Origin: an uncultured Pseudomonadota bacterium
Lineage (GTDB): Bacteria > Myxococcota_A > Polyangia > Fen-1088
Direction: 5' to 3'
Assembly (NCBI GenBank): GCA_963847705.1
Contig: CAWKBC010000023.1
Span: 2,960 to 66,959, forward strand
DNA: 64,000 nt
Within the stretch, counting starts at the first letter, position 1. Each line of letters opens with the position of its first letter. Position numbers and translations under genes: made by a program. Below, in pieces: positions 18,169-26,797 of the stretch. The notes below the pieces were generated by a model. That model was not told the DNA's origin. It saw nothing but the letters and a program-made list of their open reading frames with translations, and searched no databases.

Positions 18169-19779
18169 CTACTCGATCTCGTTGGGGGTCGGCGCGTCGG
18201 CGCCGTCGTCCGGCTTGGCGGCGCTGGCTTTGGGCAGGTGGTGGCGGTGCGGCTTGCTGGCCGCCGCCGGGGTCGGCGCGGAAGCGGCGGGCGCTGGCGC
18301 GGCGCCGGCGTCCACCCCCGCGGGCGCGGCCGGCTTGGACCCGTCGGTCGGGGTCAAGGAGATCGAGATCGGGTCGTCGTTGACGACGATCTGGTCGTAC
18401 CGTTCGTAGCCCGGCTTCTCGATGAGCAGATGGACGGAGCTGACGCCCGTGAGATCGATCGGCAGCGTGATCGGCGTGGCCCCCATCAGCTTGTGCCCGT
18501 CCGCGCGGTAGATGTTGGCCCCTTCGGGATCGGACTTCACGTAGACGAAAAACCGCCGGTTGGGGTCGCTGGCGACCGTTGCGTGGCCGCCACCGACCAG
18601 CTTGTGGCCGTACATCTTCCAGCCGACCGCGCCCCCCCCGACCAGGAGGGCCAGCGCCAGGTAGACCCCCTTGGAGGTCGACTTCGGCTTGAACGACGGC
18701 TGCATCCCCGCGTCGAACTGCGGCGGACCGGAGCCGGAGACGGTCCGGGAGATCGGCGGCACCGTCGGCGAGCGGAGGCTGCTGGACGACGCCGTCCCGT
18801 GCGAGATCGTGGTGGCCGGGATGGTGGCGCGCGGCGGTCCACCCCCCTCGGTGGGAAAGAGGTCGTAGAGCAGCTGGGCCAGGTGATCCGGCTGGAAGCG
18901 CGAGGCATGGACGAGGTCGTCGAGCGCGTTGGCCATGTCGGCGGCGTCGGCCCAGCGGTTGGCCGGGTTGCGCTGGAGCGCCTTCAAGATGATGGCGTCG
19001 AGCTCGGGCGGAACGGCCGGGTTCTGCAGCGAGGGGGGCGGCACCTCGCAGCGGCGCACGCGCTCGATGGTCTGCACGTCGTTGGCGCCCTTGAACAGCC
19101 GCCGGCCGGTGAGCACCTCGTGCAGGACGATCCCGCAGGCGAAGATGTCGCTCCGGTTGTCGACGTGGTCGCCCTCGGTCTGTTCGGGCGCCATGTAGGC
19201 GTACTTCCCCTTCATGGTGCCGCTCTTGGTGATCTCCGGCGCGTCGCCCAGCGCCTTGGCGATCCCGAAGTCGAGCAGCTTGACCGCCCCTTCGTACGAC
19301 AGCATCACGTTCGAGGGGGAGATGTCCCGGTGGACCATCCCCAGGAGCTTCCCGTGCTCGTCGGTGAGGCCGTGCGCGTAGGAGAGCCCGCGGCAGGCCT
19401 CGCGCCCGATGTAGGCGACCAGCTCCGGGCGCGGCGGGCCCATCGTCTTCCAGATCGCGCGCATCGTCTCGGAGAGGTCGTGCCCGCGGATGTACTCCAT
19501 CGAGATGAAGTACTCGCCGTCGACCGCGCCCAGCTCGAAGATGTGGACGATGTTCGGGTGGTTGAGGCGGGCCGACAGCTTCGCCTCCTCGACGAACATC
19601 TTGATGAAGGTCGTGTCGTCCGAGAGATGCGGCAGGATCCGCTTGACCACGAAGGTCCGCTCGAACCCGGCGGGTCCCTGGATACGCCCCTTGTAGACCT
19701 CCGCCATCCCACCACGGCCGATGAGCTCGAAGAGCGAGTACTTGCCGAACTGAATCGGCTCGGTGAGTTGGGATGACAC
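18169..19779 (-). CDS. Hanks-type Ser/Thr protein kinase with TM segment and C-terminal PEGA-like domain
   Basis: FGKYSLFELIGRGGMAEVYKG...VVKRIL...HRDISPSNVML...DFGIAK...YMAPEQ. TM segment VYLALALLVGGGAVGW, then FFVYVKSDPEGANIYRADG...LLIEKPGYERYD (PEGA-like). The start is uncertain: GTG at 19779 has AGGG upstream, and an in-frame ATG at 19869 is the alternative. Confidence 0.85.
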   Translation of the reverse strand: MSSQLTEPIQFGKYSLFELIGRGGMAEVYKGRIQGPAGFERTFVVKRILPHLSDDTTFIKMFVEEAKLSARLNHPNIVHIFELGAVDGEYFISMEYIRGHDLSETMRAIWKTMGPPRPELVAYIGREACRGLSYAHGLTDEHGKLLGMVHRDISPSNVMLSYEGAVKLLDFGIAKALGDAPEITKSGTMKGKYAYMAPEQTEGDHVDNRSDIFACGIVLHEVLTGRRLFKGANDVQTIERVRRCEVPPPSLQNPAVPPELDAIILKALQRNPANRWADAADMANALDDLVHASRFQPDHLAQLLYDLFPTEGGGPPRATIPATTISHGTASSSSLRSPTVPPISRTVSGSGPPQFDAGMQPSFKPKSTSKGVYLALALLVGGGAVGWKMYGHKLVGGGHATVASDPNRRFFVYVKSDPEGANIYRADGHKLMGATPITLPIDLTGVSSVHLLIEKPGYERYDQIVVNDDPISISLTPTDGSKPAAPAGVDAGAAPAPAASAPTPAAASKPHRHHLPKASAAKPDDGADAPTPNEIE

Positions 19780-19924
19780 GACAGACCCTGCCGACCGAAG
19801 CCGCGTCCCACGAGGTCGGGAGATGGGAGAGAGGGAGAAGTGAGGACGCGAGTCTTCCCGGGGCAGCATATGATAGCGATCCCGTGCGTTTACCGCAAAT
19901 AGACTCGCCGAGAAGCGTCCCCTC

Positions 19925-20014
19925 GGGCGTCGAGCCTTCAGGTGTCGAGCCTCCGGGCGTCGAGCCTTCGGGCGTCGAGCCTTCGGGCGTCGAGCCTTCG
20001 GGCGTCGAGCCTCC
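19925..20014. repeat. 15-bp tandem repeat x6 (GGGCGTCGAGCCTTC; three units identical, three variant)
   Basis: gggcgtcgagccttc / aggtgtcgagcctcc / gggcgtcgagccttc x3 / gggcgtcgagcctcc read directly. Located between the divergent kinase and thiD genes. It would read (PSGVE)n in the thiD frame. Confidence 0.95.
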
Positions 20015-20024
20015 GGGCATCGTC

Positions 20025-20789
20025 GTGGTGGGGGGCGTCGACCCGGGCGGCGGCGCGGGCCTGCGCCGCGACGTGGCGACCGCGGCGGCGCTGGGTGCAC
20101 GGGCGCATGCCGTGGAGACCGCCTGGACCGAGCAGGGCCCGGGCGTCCATCGGGTGGAGCCCCGGGCGCCCGACGCCGTCCGGGCCGCCCTGGCGGCGGC
20201 GCTGAGCACGCTGCGTCCGGCGGCGGTGAAGATCGGGATGGCGGTCAACCCGGCAACCGCCGCCGCGATCGTCGAGGCTCTCGGCGACTACGCCGGGCCG
20301 GTCGTCGTCGATCCGGTGCTGGCGACCTCGCGCGGTGGGGCCCTGTGGGCAGCGGAGCCGCGCGAGCTTCTCCCGCTGCTCCGGCGAGCGACCCTGGTGA
20401 CCCCCAACGGGGTCGAGGCGGGGGCGCTGACCGGACGCCCGCTGGCGACGCCCGACGAGGCGGAGGCGGCCGGTCGGTGGCTCGTTCGAGCCGCGAAGCT
20501 GCACGCCGTCCTGGTCAAGGGGGGCCACCTCGGGGCGCCCGCCGGAACGGTGGTCGACGTCCTGGTGACCGCCTCGGGCGCCGAGCATTTCAGCCGGCCG
20601 CGCACCCCTGGTCCGAGCCCACGTGGCACCGGCTGCGCGCTGGCCTCCGCGATCGCCGTGAAGCTGGGGCGGGGCCGCAGCCTGTCGGAGGCCGTCGGTC
20701 AGGCCGGAGACTGGCTCGCCGGGCTCATCGCCGCCCCGGTCACCGTCGGCGACGAACGCCATTTGTGGACCGTCTCGGGCTCTGGCTAG
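20025..20789 (+). CDS. thiD: hydroxymethylpyrimidine/phosphomethylpyrimidine kinase
   Basis: VVGGVDPGGGAGLRRDV...VKIGM...VVVDPVLATSRG...LVTPNGVEA...VLVKGGH...GTGCALASAIA. The start is uncertain: GTG at 20025 or 20028. The track ORF starts at ATG 19773 and would add an 84-aa extension containing the repeat. Confidence 0.75.
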   Translation: MVGGVDPGGGAGLRRDVATAAALGARAHAVETAWTEQGPGVHRVEPRAPDAVRAALAAALSTLRPAAVKIGMAVNPATAAAIVEALGDYAGPVVVDPVLATSRGGALWAAEPRELLPLLRRATLVTPNGVEAGALTGRPLATPDEAEAAGRWLVRAAKLHAVLVKGGHLGAPAGTVVDVLVTASGAEHFSRPRTPGPSPRGTGCALASAIAVKLGRGRSLSEAVGQAGDWLAGLIAAPVTVGDERHLWTVSGSG

Positions 20790-21367
20790 GGCGCGACTTC
20801 CAGGCGGATCATCGGGGTGCGCTTGGTCGGCAGGAGGCCCATCGGGTTGGTCGGATCGTTGTTGCGCACGAACGCCTGCCCGGAGACCACGCTGCTGGCC
20901 CAGATGCTGGGGCTGCCGCCGATCTTGTGGACGCCCACCCAGACGATCCCCTTGAGCGGCTTCAGATCGACGAGGTCCTCCACCACCCAGCGGCCATCCT
21001 TCCCGTCGGAGAGATCGTCCTTGGAGAGCTCGCGCTTGAGGGTGCGGATCGCCTCGCCCGGAGTCTCCAGCAGCGTGCTTCCGTAGATGTTGATCTCCAG
21101 GCTGCCGGCCGACTCGGCCTGGAGGCGCAGCCGCAACGGCTGGTGCTCGCCGTCGGGGAGCTGGAACCGCACCACGCTCTCGTAGGTGTCGGCGGGGAAC
21201 GCCACCGCGCCGCTCGGGCGCGCATCGTCGTAGGCCATCACCAGCTCGCGCGTGGGGCCGCCCGGCGCGGTCGCGGTGGTGGCGCACCCCGCGCTGACCA
21301 GCAGGGCCGCCAGCCCCGCCAGGCGTCCCAAGTACCGTCCCCCGCAGCTCATGGCGCGATGGGACAT
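20786..21367 (-). CDS. putative lipoprotein, family not recognised
   Basis: GRLAGLAALLVSAGCATT is lipobox-like. G/C-rich third positions. Its stop shares the palindrome CTAG with the thiD stop. Confidence 0.6.
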   Translation of the reverse strand: MSHRAMSCGGRYLGRLAGLAALLVSAGCATTATAPGGPTRELVMAYDDARPSGAVAFPADTYESVVRFQLPDGEHQPLRLRLQAESAGSLEINIYGSTLLETPGEAIRTLKRELSKDDLSDGKDGRWVVEDLVDLKPLKGIVWVGVHKIGGSPSIWASSVVSGQAFVRNNDPTNPMGLLPTKRTPMIRLEVAP

Positions 21368-21400
21368 CGGCGGATCCTCGTCATTCTGTACACGCGCTGC

Positions 21401-21430
21401 TGGACGGCGGCGCCCGTCGGTCGCTAGATT
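21401..21430 (+). promoter_or_regulatory. possible promoter TGGACG-N18-TAGATT placed 8 nt before the ATG (leaderless-type arrangement)
   Basis: TAGATT at 21425-21430, ATG at 21439, with no Shine-Dalgarno-like purine run between them. Confidence 0.2.
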
Positions 21431-21438
21431 CCTCGCCC

Positions 21439-22413
21439 ATGAACCCCGTCGGAGTCGCTCTGATCGGCGCCGGGCCTTGGGGGCTGACCCTGGGACGCGC
21501 CGTGGCCCGTCTCCCCGGCGTCGATCTGCGCTGGATCTGCGAGCTGGATCCGGACCGGCGCGCCGGCGCGGCCGGGATCGCTTCGGGGGCGCGGCTCACC
21601 GGGATGCTGGATGAGGTGCTGGCGGATCCGGGCGTGGCCGCAGCCTTCGTGGCCGTCGATTCGGCGCGCCATCACCCGGTGGGGTTGCGCGTGCTGCAGG
21701 CCGATCGGCACCTGATGGTCGAAAAGCCGCTGGCCCTCACGGTGGCCGACGCCAGCGAGCTGAGCGTGCTGGCGGACGCGCGCCGGCGGGTGCTGGCGGT
21801 GGGGCACCTTCTGTTGCATCACCCCGCGGTGAGGCGCGCCCGCAAGCTGATCGCCGAGGGCGTCCTCGGGGAGACCCTCTGGTTGGAGGCGGCCCGCCTG
21901 GCGCCCGGGCCGGCGCGCACCGCCGGCTCCGTCTGGTGGACGCTGGCGCCGCACGACGTCTCGCTGGCGCTGCACCTCCTCGACGATGTCCCGAGGCGGG
22001 TCACGGCCGTGGGCGGCGCCGGGCGCGGGCCGGGCGAAGAGCTGGTGGTGTGGGCCACGCTCCACTTCGACGATGGCCGCCTGGCGCATCTCCAGGTGGC
22101 GCGCCAGGCGCCGGAGAAGAGACGCGGGTTCTCGATCGTGGGGAGCGAGCGCGCGCTGACCTTCGACGAGCTGGCGTCGGGGGGCACGCTCCAGCTTCAC
22201 GATCCGAGGCGCGCCGGCGGGGCCGCCCCCGGCGAGCCAGTCCCGGTCGACGCCATCGACGCCCTGGGCGCCCAGTGTCGCCACTTCGTCTCGAGCGTCG
22301 CCCGCGGTGACACCGGCGCCGGCAACGGTGCGCACGCGCTGGCCGTCGTGCGCGTGCTCGAGGCGGGCGCGCGCTCCATGCGCGCCGGTGGAGCGCCGAT
22401 CGAGGTCGCGTGA
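21439..22413 (+). CDS. Gfo/Idh/MocA-family NAD-dependent oxidoreductase (WbpB-like)
   Basis: N-terminal Rossmann motif VGVALIGAGPWG. It sits in a trio with the acetyltransferase and aminotransferase genes. Confidence 0.85.
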   Translation: MNPVGVALIGAGPWGLTLGRAVARLPGVDLRWICELDPDRRAGAAGIASGARLTGMLDEVLADPGVAAAFVAVDSARHHPVGLRVLQADRHLMVEKPLALTVADASELSVLADARRRVLAVGHLLLHHPAVRRARKLIAEGVLGETLWLEAARLAPGPARTAGSVWWTLAPHDVSLALHLLDDVPRRVTAVGGAGRGPGEELVVWATLHFDDGRLAHLQVARQAPEKRRGFSIVGSERALTFDELASGGTLQLHDPRRAGGAAPGEPVPVDAIDALGAQCRHFVSSVARGDTGAGNGAHALAVVRVLEAGARSMRAGGAPIEVA

Positions 22414-22985
22414 AGACGGCGGCCGCCTGGCGACATCCGACCGCCGTCGTCGAGCGTGGCGCCCACATCGGCGCCGGAAGCAAGATCTGGCACTTCTGTC
22501 ACCTGATGCGCGGCGCGCGCATCGGCGCCCGCTGCACCCTCGGCCAGAACGTCTTCGTGGCCGGCGGCGCCCAGCTGGGGGCCGGATGCCGGATCCAGAA
22601 CAACGTTTCGATCTACGACGGCGTGGTCCTGGGGGACCAGGTGTTCGTCGGGCCGTCGGCCGTCTTCACCAACGTCCGCAACCCGCGCGCGGCCGTCGAT
22701 CGGCGCGCCGCTTTCGAGCCGACGATCGTCGGCCAGGGCGCGACCATCGGCGCCAACGCGACCATCGTGTGCGGCGTGACGATTGGCGCCTACGCCTTCG
22801 TCGGCGCCGGCGCGGTCGTCACCCGCGACGTTCTGCCCCACGCCGTCGTCTCGGGCGTGCCGGCACGCCGGACGGGGTGGATCTGCCGCTGCGGCGAGAG
22901 GCGCGGCTCAGCGAAGAAAGAAATCTCCCAGTGCCTCTGCCACGCGGGAAAGATCACCGTCGGTCAGCCCCGGAAAGATCGGTAG
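22410..22985 (+). CDS. left-handed beta-helix N-acetyltransferase (WbpD-like)
   Basis: Hexapeptide repeats (IGAGSKIWHFCHL..., IGARCTLGQNVFV..., IGANATIVCGVTIGAYAFVGAGAVV). GTG start overlaps the upstream TGA (GTGA). Confidence 0.85.
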   Translation: MKTAAAWRHPTAVVERGAHIGAGSKIWHFCHLMRGARIGARCTLGQNVFVAGGAQLGAGCRIQNNVSIYDGVVLGDQVFVGPSAVFTNVRNPRAAVDRRAAFEPTIVGQGATIGANATIVCGVTIGAYAFVGAGAVVTRDVLPHAVVSGVPARRTGWICRCGERRGSAKKEISQCLCHAGKITVGQPRKDR

Positions 22986-23999
22986 CGCCAGCGACTCCTG
23001 CGCGGCGCGCTCGGCGTTGGGAAAGTCGCCCGCCCGATGACCGAGGAACGCCAGCGCCGGCTGCAGGTGAAGCGGGATCGGATAGTAGACCGCCGAGGCG
23101 ATTCCACGCTCCTCGAGATGACGTCGGAGTGAATCGCGGCGCGCGGCCGGTACGCGGATGACGAACTGATTCCAGACGCAGCCGGCATCAGGCGGCGGCA
23201 GGCCGATCGGCAGGCCGGCCAGGCGCTCGCGGTAGAGCGCCGCCAACCCCCGCCGTTCCGCCGTCCAGCGCGACAGATGCGGGAGCTTCACCCGAAGGAG
23301 CGCGGCCTGCAGCTCATCGAGACGGAAATTGCCCCCGATGCGCTCATGCTGAAGCTTCTGCGCGGCGCCATGGTTCCGCAAGGCGCGGACCTGCGCGGCG
23401 AGCGCGGCGTCGTCGGTGGTCACCGCACCACCATCGCCGAAGCCCCCCAGGTTCTTCGACGGAAAGAAGGAGAGGGCGGCACCCCAACCCCCTCCCACCT
23501 CCGACGCGCCGATCGCCTGGGCCCCGTCCTCGAGCAACGGGATGCGGGCGGCGGAACAGGCGGCGCGCAGGGGCCCGGCGCAGGCCGCGCGACCGAAGAG
23601 GTGGACCACCAACACCGCCTTGCTGCGAGCGCCGATCCGTTTGACCGCAGCGGCCGGGTCGATGTTCATCGTGCCCGGGTCGATGTCGGCAAAGACGGGC
23701 CTCGCCCCCAGGCGGACGATCGACTCGACCGTCGCCACAAACGAATAAGGGGTGGTGACCACCTCGTCTCCAGGGCCAACGCTGGCTGCCATGAGCAGCG
23801 CCGTCAGCGCGTCCGTTCCCGAGGAGAGACCGACCGCTTCGGCGACCCCCAGCTGCACCGCCAGCTCGCGCTCGAAAGCGACCACCTCGGGCCCCAGGAT
23901 GAACTTTCCGGAGGCGAGGACGCGGGCGGCGGCGGCGCGCAGGTCATCCCCCAGCGGGAGGTGCTGCGCCCCGAGGTCCAGGAAGGGAATTCTTTCCAT
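22908..23999 (-). CDS. DegT/DnrJ/EryC1/StrS-family PLP aminotransferase (WbpE-like)
   Basis: The inner ATG gives MERIPFLDLGAQHLPLGDDLRAAAARVLASGKFILGPEVVAFERELA...SFFPSKNLGGFGDGGAV. It converges on, and overlaps, the acetyltransferase 3' end by 78 nt. Confidence 0.9.
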   Translation of the reverse strand: MERIPFLDLGAQHLPLGDDLRAAAARVLASGKFILGPEVVAFERELAVQLGVAEAVGLSSGTDALTALLMAASVGPGDEVVTTPYSFVATVESIVRLGARPVFADIDPGTMNIDPAAAVKRIGARSKAVLVVHLFGRAACAGPLRAACSAARIPLLEDGAQAIGASEVGGGWGAALSFFPSKNLGGFGDGGAVTTDDAALAAQVRALRNHGAAQKLQHERIGGNFRLDELQAALLRVKLPHLSRWTAERRGLAALYRERLAGLPIGLPPPDAGCVWNQFVIRVPAARRDSLRRHLEERGIASAVYYPIPLHLQPALAFLGHRAGDFPNAERAAQESLALPIFPGLTDGDLSRVAEALGDFFLR

Positions 24000-24043
24000 C
24001 GTTCGTTGATCGCCATCTTGGCGCATGCTCTGCTGCGCCGAGC

Positions 24044-25096
24044 GTGAATTCTCAGGGGGATGAACGCGAGCGGTTGACGGCGCTCCTGGCGGCGCTGCAG
24101 GAGCCGGCGCGTGCGGCGGCGCTTCCGACGGACGACCCGCTGTTGCGGAGGGTGGCCCGCCACCACCGGCTCTCCCCGCTGCTCTCGATCAGCTGCGGCG
24201 CCGCGCTGCCCTCTCCGCTGGCCGAGGCCTTCCGTCGCGACCGCGTCGTCACCGCCGCCCGCAACATGATGCTCGGCCAGGTCGCCGAAGAGTGCCTGCG
24301 CGCGTTGGCCGCGGCCGACGTCCCGACCATCATTCTCAAGGGGCTGGACTACGAGAGCCGCCTCTACCAGGTGGCGGGGGCGCGTCCCACCGCCGACGTC
24401 GATCTCCTGGTCCCCGACGAAAAACGCCGAGAGGCCTTCCGCGTGCTCGATCGTCTGGGCTTCGAACCGCGCGCTGCTGCCGCCGGCTTCGACGATCCCG
24501 ACTATCACGAGGTGGCCTGGACGCGGGCGGGGGCCGAGGTCGACCTGCACATGGCGCTGGCGCCGCTGGCCCGCTGCCGCATCGACTACGGGTCGATCTG
24601 GGCGGAGGCGCGTCCCTTCCAGCTCGGCGCGACTCCGGTCTCGGTGCTCGCGCCCGCGCACGCCGTCGTGTTTCACAGCTTGCACATGGCGATCGACCAC
24701 TTCGACGTCCCCGCCATCTACCTGATCGACCTGGCCCGGCTGCTCCCGCTTTGCGATGACCTCGACGACCTCGTCGCCTTGACTCGCCGCTGGGGCTGCC
24801 TCCGCCCGCTCAGCACCGCGACGCACCTGGCGGCCAGCTTCTTGCCCGAGGTCCGGCCGCTCGGCGACGGGGCGAGGCGGGCCGCGCCCGTGATCAGGCG
24901 TTACGGGACCACGGTCCCCTTGCCCCGGCCCGAGCAGCTGCTGCGCAAGCTGCGGCACTTCGATGGCCCCCTGGACGCCGCGCGCTACCTCTTCACGCAA
25001 TCGAGACGCAACCTGCGGGAGCAGATCGAGCGCCGCTGGCGGGGACGCCCGGCGCGCGAGCGCCTTCACCTGGAAAAGATCCGGCCGCCGAAGTAG
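24044..25096 (+). CDS. uncharacterised nucleotidyltransferase-family protein (NTP_transf_5-like)
   Basis: ...ILKGLDYESRLY...RPTADVDLLVPDEKRREAFRVLDRLGF...HEVAW...VDLHMAL..., the pattern of that family. GTG start. Confidence 0.7.
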   Translation: MNSQGDERERLTALLAALQEPARAAALPTDDPLLRRVARHHRLSPLLSISCGAALPSPLAEAFRRDRVVTAARNMMLGQVAEECLRALAAADVPTIILKGLDYESRLYQVAGARPTADVDLLVPDEKRREAFRVLDRLGFEPRAAAAGFDDPDYHEVAWTRAGAEVDLHMALAPLARCRIDYGSIWAEARPFQLGATPVSVLAPAHAVVFHSLHMAIDHFDVPAIYLIDLARLLPLCDDLDDLVALTRRWGCLRPLSTATHLAASFLPEVRPLGDGARRAAPVIRRYGTTVPLPRPEQLLRKLRHFDGPLDAARYLFTQSRRNLREQIERRWRGRPARERLHLEKIRPPK

Positions 25097-25106
25097 CCTC
25101 CGCGCC

Positions 25107-25934
25107 GTGTCGGTCTTCGGGACTTACTTGAAACGGACGCGTGAGATCGCGAAGGGGATGGCGCACGAGCTGCGCGGTGGGTACCGGCTGACGGCCGACC
25201 CGCAATCGTTTGCCCGCTTCGCGGCGGACGTCTTCCTTTCCCGGCTCGCCCGCAGGCTGCCGTTGCCCGGTCAGAACCGAGACCGGATGATCCGGGTGAC
25301 GGGCGGGGTCAAGCTGCACTACCGGCTCAATCGTGGCGACATGCAATCGATCCGCGAGGTCTGGATCGACGAATGCTATCGGCTGCCCTTCGACCTGACA
25401 CCTGCCCGTCTCGTCGATCTGGGCGCCAACATCGGCCTCGCCAGCGTCTGGTTCGCCCGCCGCTACGGCTGTGGCACCATCATCGCCCTCGAGCCGTCAC
25501 CCGACAACGCGCGCCTCACCCGCTTGAACCTGGAAGAGAACCAGATCGTGGCCGAGGTGATCGAGGCGGCGATCGGGCCGCGCGACGGTACGGCCCTGTT
25601 CGAGGACGCCGGCGACTCCAACCTCGGGCGCCTCAACGGCACCGGAGAGGGTCGCGAGGTCGCCGTGATCAGCATGGAGACGGTGCTCGAGCGGCTTCCC
25701 CAGGGGGCGAGCGTCGATCTGGTCAAGATGGACATCGAAGGGGGCGAGGGGCCGCTTCTGGCCGAAAACCTGGGCTGGCTCACGCGCGTCCGCTCCATCG
25801 TCGCGGAGTTCCACCCGACGGTGATCGACTACCCCGCCGTGATCAAGACGATCCAGGGACAGGGCTTCCGCTACTTCCCGGCCAACTCGGCGTCCGACTT
25901 CGAATCGATGGACGCCTTCATCCGGGAAAGCTGA
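25107..25934 (+). CDS. FkbM-family methyltransferase
   Basis: LVDLGANIGLASVWFARRYG...IIALEPSPDN...VDLVKMDIEGGE. GTG at 25107 is taken as the start, just after the upstream stop. Confidence 0.8.
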   Translation: MSVFGTYLKRTREIAKGMAHELRGGYRLTADPQSFARFAADVFLSRLARRLPLPGQNRDRMIRVTGGVKLHYRLNRGDMQSIREVWIDECYRLPFDLTPARLVDLGANIGLASVWFARRYGCGTIIALEPSPDNARLTRLNLEENQIVAEVIEAAIGPRDGTALFEDAGDSNLGRLNGTGEGREVAVISMETVLERLPQGASVDLVKMDIEGGEGPLLAENLGWLTRVRSIVAEFHPTVIDYPAVIKTIQGQGFRYFPANSASDFESMDAFIRES

Positions 25935-25939
25935 CCCGG

Positions 25940-26797
25940 TCAGACCGCGATTCGCTGCGCGAAGAGGTGGATGTTCGGGTACTTCGCGACCAGCTCGGGG
26001 GTCGTCTCGGAGGAGTGCGGGACGGGTACGCCATCGACGGCGTACTGCCAGTGCAGCCTGTATTGCGCCGCCCCGATCCGATCGACGATCTCGCGCACCG
26101 CCGCGGCAGGATCCGCGAAGGTCTCGCAGTGGATCTCGATGTCGAGGTTGGGAACGCTCTTCAACGTCTGTTGCGCGCCCTTGAGAACCTCGATCTCATG
26201 CCCTTCCACATCTATCTTGAGAAAGGAGACGGGGCGCCCCTCCAAGATCTCGTCGAGCGTGCGCAGGGGGACGACGACGGTCTTGCGGAAAGCGCCGGTC
26301 CGGGAGAGCACGCCGCCGTTGGGTTGGTCGACGAACTCGACCGTGCCAGAGCTGCTGCCGACGGCCGTGTGGATGCAGCGCATGTTCGCCGCATTGTTCA
26401 GCCGGGCGTTCTCACGCGCGGTCTCGACATTTTGGGCGCGGCCGTCGATGGCGATGACTTGTCCCATGGGCCCCAGCCACTTCGAAAACAGCACCGCCGT
26501 GACTCCGTGATTGGTGCCGACGTCGACGGCCGTCCCGCCGGGCTGCAGCAGGTGATCCCTGATCCAGGTGAACTCTTTCCACTCGCGCTCGGTGTCGTAC
26601 CAGGTCTTCCCGAACTCGTCGGAGATCTTGAGGGTCAGCTGCTCCCCGGCGATTCGACGGTGCGTGATGTACGGTCGGAAGGTCCAGGCCTGCCAGTTGC
26701 GCAAGACGCTGCTGGCCCCGTGCCGCAGGAGCCCCCCCGGCCCGTGGGTGTTCAGGATTTCTCGTGCTCGAGCGACGAGCGAATAGGGGTTGCTCAT
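25940..26797 (-). CDS. FkbM-family methyltransferase
   Basis: AVDVGTNHGVTAVLFSKWLG...VIAIDGRAQN...VSFLKIDVEGHEIEVLKG. Confidence 0.85.
   Translation of the reverse strand: MSNPYSLVARAREILNTHGPGGLLRHGASSVLRNWQAWTFRPYITHRRIAGEQLTLKISDEFGKTWYDTEREWKEFTWIRDHLLQPGGTAVDVGTNHGVTAVLFSKWLGPMGQVIAIDGRAQNVETARENARLNNAANMRCIHTAVGSSSGTVEFVDQPNGGVLSRTGAFRKTVVVPLRTLDEILEGRPVSFLKIDVEGHEIEVLKGAQQTLKSVPNLDIEIHCETFADPAAAVREIVDRIGAAQYRLHWQYAVDGVPVPHSSETTPELVAKYPNIHLFAQRIAV

Noticed and set aside
19925-20014. Tandem repeats (this one, plus 12496, 16717 and 56223) considered as CRISPR-like arrays.
   Set aside because: The units are directly adjacent with no spacers, they are only 9-21 bp long, and no cas genes are present.
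17297-20248. 983-aa ORF that would fuse the region over the kinase gene to a GT2 domain.
   Set aside because: Only the last 276 codons (from the ATG at 18127) look like protein (GT2 motifs). The upstream part is an alternate frame over the 18169..19779 kinase gene, with Arg/Pro-rich junk and the tandem repeat.
19773-20789. Full-length 338-aa ThiD with an 84-aa N-terminal extension containing (PSGVE)6.
   Set aside because: Not adopted as the primary call. The first roughly 50 codons have weak third-position bias and overlap the opposite-strand kinase start region, and ThiD homologues normally begin just before the GGxDxxGGAG motif. It is kept as an open alternative in the findings.
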